From: Alteromonas sp.
Lineage (GTDB): Bacteria; Margulisbacteria; Marinamargulisbacteria; UBA6595
Assembly: GCA_964220215.1 (NCBI GenBank)
Contig: CAXPTH010000006.1
Location: 3,863 to 67,862, forward strand
Reading direction: 5' to 3'
Length of the DNA stretch: 64,000 nt
Shown here: in pieces, positions 61,754 through 64,000 of the stretch
Numbering within the stretch: the stretch's first letter is position 1
Layout: every line of letters begins with the position of its first letter
The notes under the pieces: generated by a model
What the model saw: the letters and a program-made list of their open reading frames with translations, nothing else
Told to the model about the DNA's origin: nothing
The model's database searches: none
Position numbers and translations under genes: made by a program

Positions 61754-63901
61754 TTAATTTTCGAGAACATGTTCGGTGTTGCAACGCATGCACTGCCACG
61801 TTTTGGTATCTTTTTTCACTTTTTCAAGTATAATTGTGCTATCGCATTCTGTGCAAGCGTGTTGAATGGGTCGATCCCATAAGGCAAATGTGCATTTGGG
61901 GTATCCAGAACAACCAAAAAAGATTTTCCCACGGCGTGTTTTTCGTTCTACAATGGGGTTTTCAAGATTGTTTTTGGTGCATTCGGGGCAATGAATGCCG
62001 GTGGATACAACGGTTTTGGGGGTCTTTAAAATGGTTTTGCATTCGGGGTAATTGGAGCAGGCCGTAAATTCACCATATCGGCCTGTTTTAATAACCATAG
62101 GGCTACCACAGTTTTCGCAGTCTAAGTCGGTGGGTTTGTCTCGATTTACTTTTTCCATTTGGGCATCGGCGATGCTAATTTGTTTGGAAAATGGGTCATA
62201 AAAAGACCGAACAACCGCATGCCAATCATGCCCCCCAGACATAATTTCATCCAGCTGATTTTCTAGATTGGCTGTGAATTTGACGTTTAAAATGTCATCA
62301 AAAAATTCGCCCAATTTGGTATTAACAATTTGCCCAAGCTCTGTTGAAATGAGCTGGCGACCATTTTTGTCTACGTATCCGCGATCTTGAATGGTGCTCA
62401 TGGTGGGGGCATAGGTTGATGGGCGTCCAATGCCTTCTTGTTCTAAGGTTTTGATTAAACTAGCTTCGGTATATCGGGGTGGGGGCTGGGTGAACTTTTG
62501 AGTGGCTAAAACGGCATTTAAGTCTAAGATTTGCTGTTCAGATAGCTTGGGCAATTGTTGGTTGTCTGAATGGGTGTCCTCTTCGGTTTTTTCCTCATAT
62601 ACTTTTTTAAATCCATCAAACACAATGCGACTGCCGTTGGCTTTTAAGTAGTAATCGGTATCAGTTTTGACTAAAATTTGGGTCGATTCCAATTCACACG
62701 CGGTCATTTGAGAAGCCACAAACCGATTCCAGATTAATCGGTAGAGTTTCTTTTGATCCGCCGATAAGTATCGGTCAATCCGGTCGGGTGGGTGGGTGAC
62801 GTAAGAGGGGCGAATGGCTTCGTGTGCATCTTGGGCGTTGCCTTTGGTTTTAAATGCGCGTGGATTCAAATACTTGTCCCCATATGTTTTTTCAACGTAG
62901 CCCCGAACCGCATGCAACGCTTCGTCCGCAATGCGAACAGAGTCGGTTCGCATATAGGTGATAAGCCCCACGGTCTCATCGCCAATGTCAATTCCCTCAT
63001 ACAATTGCTGGGCCACAGACATGGTTTTTTTGGCTGACCAACCAAACCAGCGGGAGGCCTCTTGCTGCAAGGATGAGGTAATGAACGGGGGCTTGGGTTG
63101 CCGGTGAATGGGTTTGATGGTAATGGTATCAATGTGAAATTTAGATGCGTTTAGGTCTGATTCAACACGCCGTGCGGTAGTTTCGTTGGGAATCTCAAGT
63201 TTATTTTTGGGGTCATCTTTGGCAATGAGCTGGCATTGCAAGGTCTGGTCATCAGGCAAATCAAAGGTGCTGGTGATAATCCAAAATTCTTCCGGAACGA
63301 AGGCGGCAATTTGGGCATCGCGTTCACAAATTAATTTCACGGATACGGATTGAACCCGTCCGGCACTCAGGCCACGTTGAATTTTTTTGCCTAAAATAGG
63401 GCTTAAACTGTAGCCAATGAGCCGATCCAAAATACGCCGAGCCTGCTGGGCATCCACCATAGCACGGTCAATATCGCGCGCATGTTCAATGGAGCGCTGG
63501 ACGGATGTTTTAGTAATTTCAGAGAAGACAATGCGTTTGAATTTATCGGCATCAATGCTATTGAGTGATTCCTGGACATGCCAAGCGATGGCTTCACCTT
63601 CACGATCCGGGTCTGTGGCAAGGTAAATCGTTGGGGCGGCTTTGGCCAGAGCTTTTAATTCTTTTAGAATAGTTTTTTTGTCTTTTAATTCAATGTATTT
63701 GGGTACAAAGTTGTCTTCAATATCAATGCCGAGGCGTGTTTTAGGCAGATCGCGCACGTGGCCGTAAGAGGCTCGAACCACATAGCTTCGGCCTAAAAAT
63801 TTCTCGATCGTTTTGGCTTTTGCGGGTGATTCAACAATTACCAAATGACGAGCCGATGGCTTTTTCGCTTTTTTTGTTGATTTCTTTGTTGTATTTGACA
63901 T
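61754..63901 (-). CDS. topA: DNA topoisomerase I
   Basis: 715 aa with the Toprim LVIVESPAKAKTIEKFLG, the type IA core, and C-terminal Cys4 zinc ribbons (CENCGSPMV..CSNYPEC, CPEC..CSGYPKC, CTEC..CMRC). Confidence 0.96.
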   Translation of the reverse strand: MSNTTKKSTKKAKKPSARHLVIVESPAKAKTIEKFLGRSYVVRASYGHVRDLPKTRLGIDIEDNFVPKYIELKDKKTILKELKALAKAAPTIYLATDPDREGEAIAWHVQESLNSIDADKFKRIVFSEITKTSVQRSIEHARDIDRAMVDAQQARRILDRLIGYSLSPILGKKIQRGLSAGRVQSVSVKLICERDAQIAAFVPEEFWIITSTFDLPDDQTLQCQLIAKDDPKNKLEIPNETTARRVESDLNASKFHIDTITIKPIHRQPKPPFITSSLQQEASRWFGWSAKKTMSVAQQLYEGIDIGDETVGLITYMRTDSVRIADEALHAVRGYVEKTYGDKYLNPRAFKTKGNAQDAHEAIRPSYVTHPPDRIDRYLSADQKKLYRLIWNRFVASQMTACELESTQILVKTDTDYYLKANGSRIVFDGFKKVYEEKTEEDTHSDNQQLPKLSEQQILDLNAVLATQKFTQPPPRYTEASLIKTLEQEGIGRPSTYAPTMSTIQDRGYVDKNGRQLISTELGQIVNTKLGEFFDDILNVKFTANLENQLDEIMSGGHDWHAVVRSFYDPFSKQISIADAQMEKVNRDKPTDLDCENCGSPMVIKTGRYGEFTACSNYPECKTILKTPKTVVSTGIHCPECTKNNLENPIVERKTRRGKIFFGCSGYPKCTFALWDRPIQHACTECDSTIILEKVKKDTKTWQCMRCNTEHVLEN

Positions 63902-64000
63902 GATAATTTCTTGATTATAAGTAGTAATCCAAAATTAAGTCATGTGTCAAGTATTGCTCAAAACATAGTAATCCTGATCAGATTATGGTAGTATAAAGAT

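Overview
This is a gene-dense bacterial chromosomal window with moderate GC. The organism is a diderm, since lpxA, tatC, secDF, murA and ftsI are all present, but I cannot place it taxonomically from the sequence alone. There are about 60 genes. Most are housekeeping: glyQS, rpsO-pnp, ruvB, hisB, cysS, lysS, lepA, topA, topB, secDF, murA, ftsL-ftsI, panD/panB/panC, menG, hpf and tatC/tatA. There are three tRNAs: an isolated Ile-GAT/Ala-TGC pair and an initiator Met. Five things stand out. (1) A small accessory islet at 54.4-57.2 kb holds an ORF that fuses a ubiquitin-like domain to about 15 near-identical 25-aa DUF4116-type repeats, followed by a second DUF4116 gene. (2) A family of MITE-like intergenic elements occurs at 16.9-17.2 kb and, as a tandem pair, at 60.3-60.7 kb. 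Each has a conserved ~107-nt core bracketed by inverted, palindromic CCCCTAAA / TTTAGGGG arrays that also fit G-quadruplex motifs. (3) A tightly overlapping lipid-modification operon (flavin reductase, FAD amine-oxidase-like enzyme, DUF1365::CFA-synthase fusion, DUF1295::CFA-synthase fusion) resembles methylated/furan fatty-acid pathways and runs straight into an orphan histidine kinase. (4) There is a short LOV blue-light sensor. (5) Several arrangements are unusual: PgsA::PssA with an apparent AUU/AUC start, FabZ-like::LpxA, cdaA wedged between panD and panB, a frameshifted menD, and a lysS-derived relic. I saw no CRISPR array, rRNA, transposase or integrase. All calls rest on reading the translated ORFs and the raw sequence by eye; no database search was possible.
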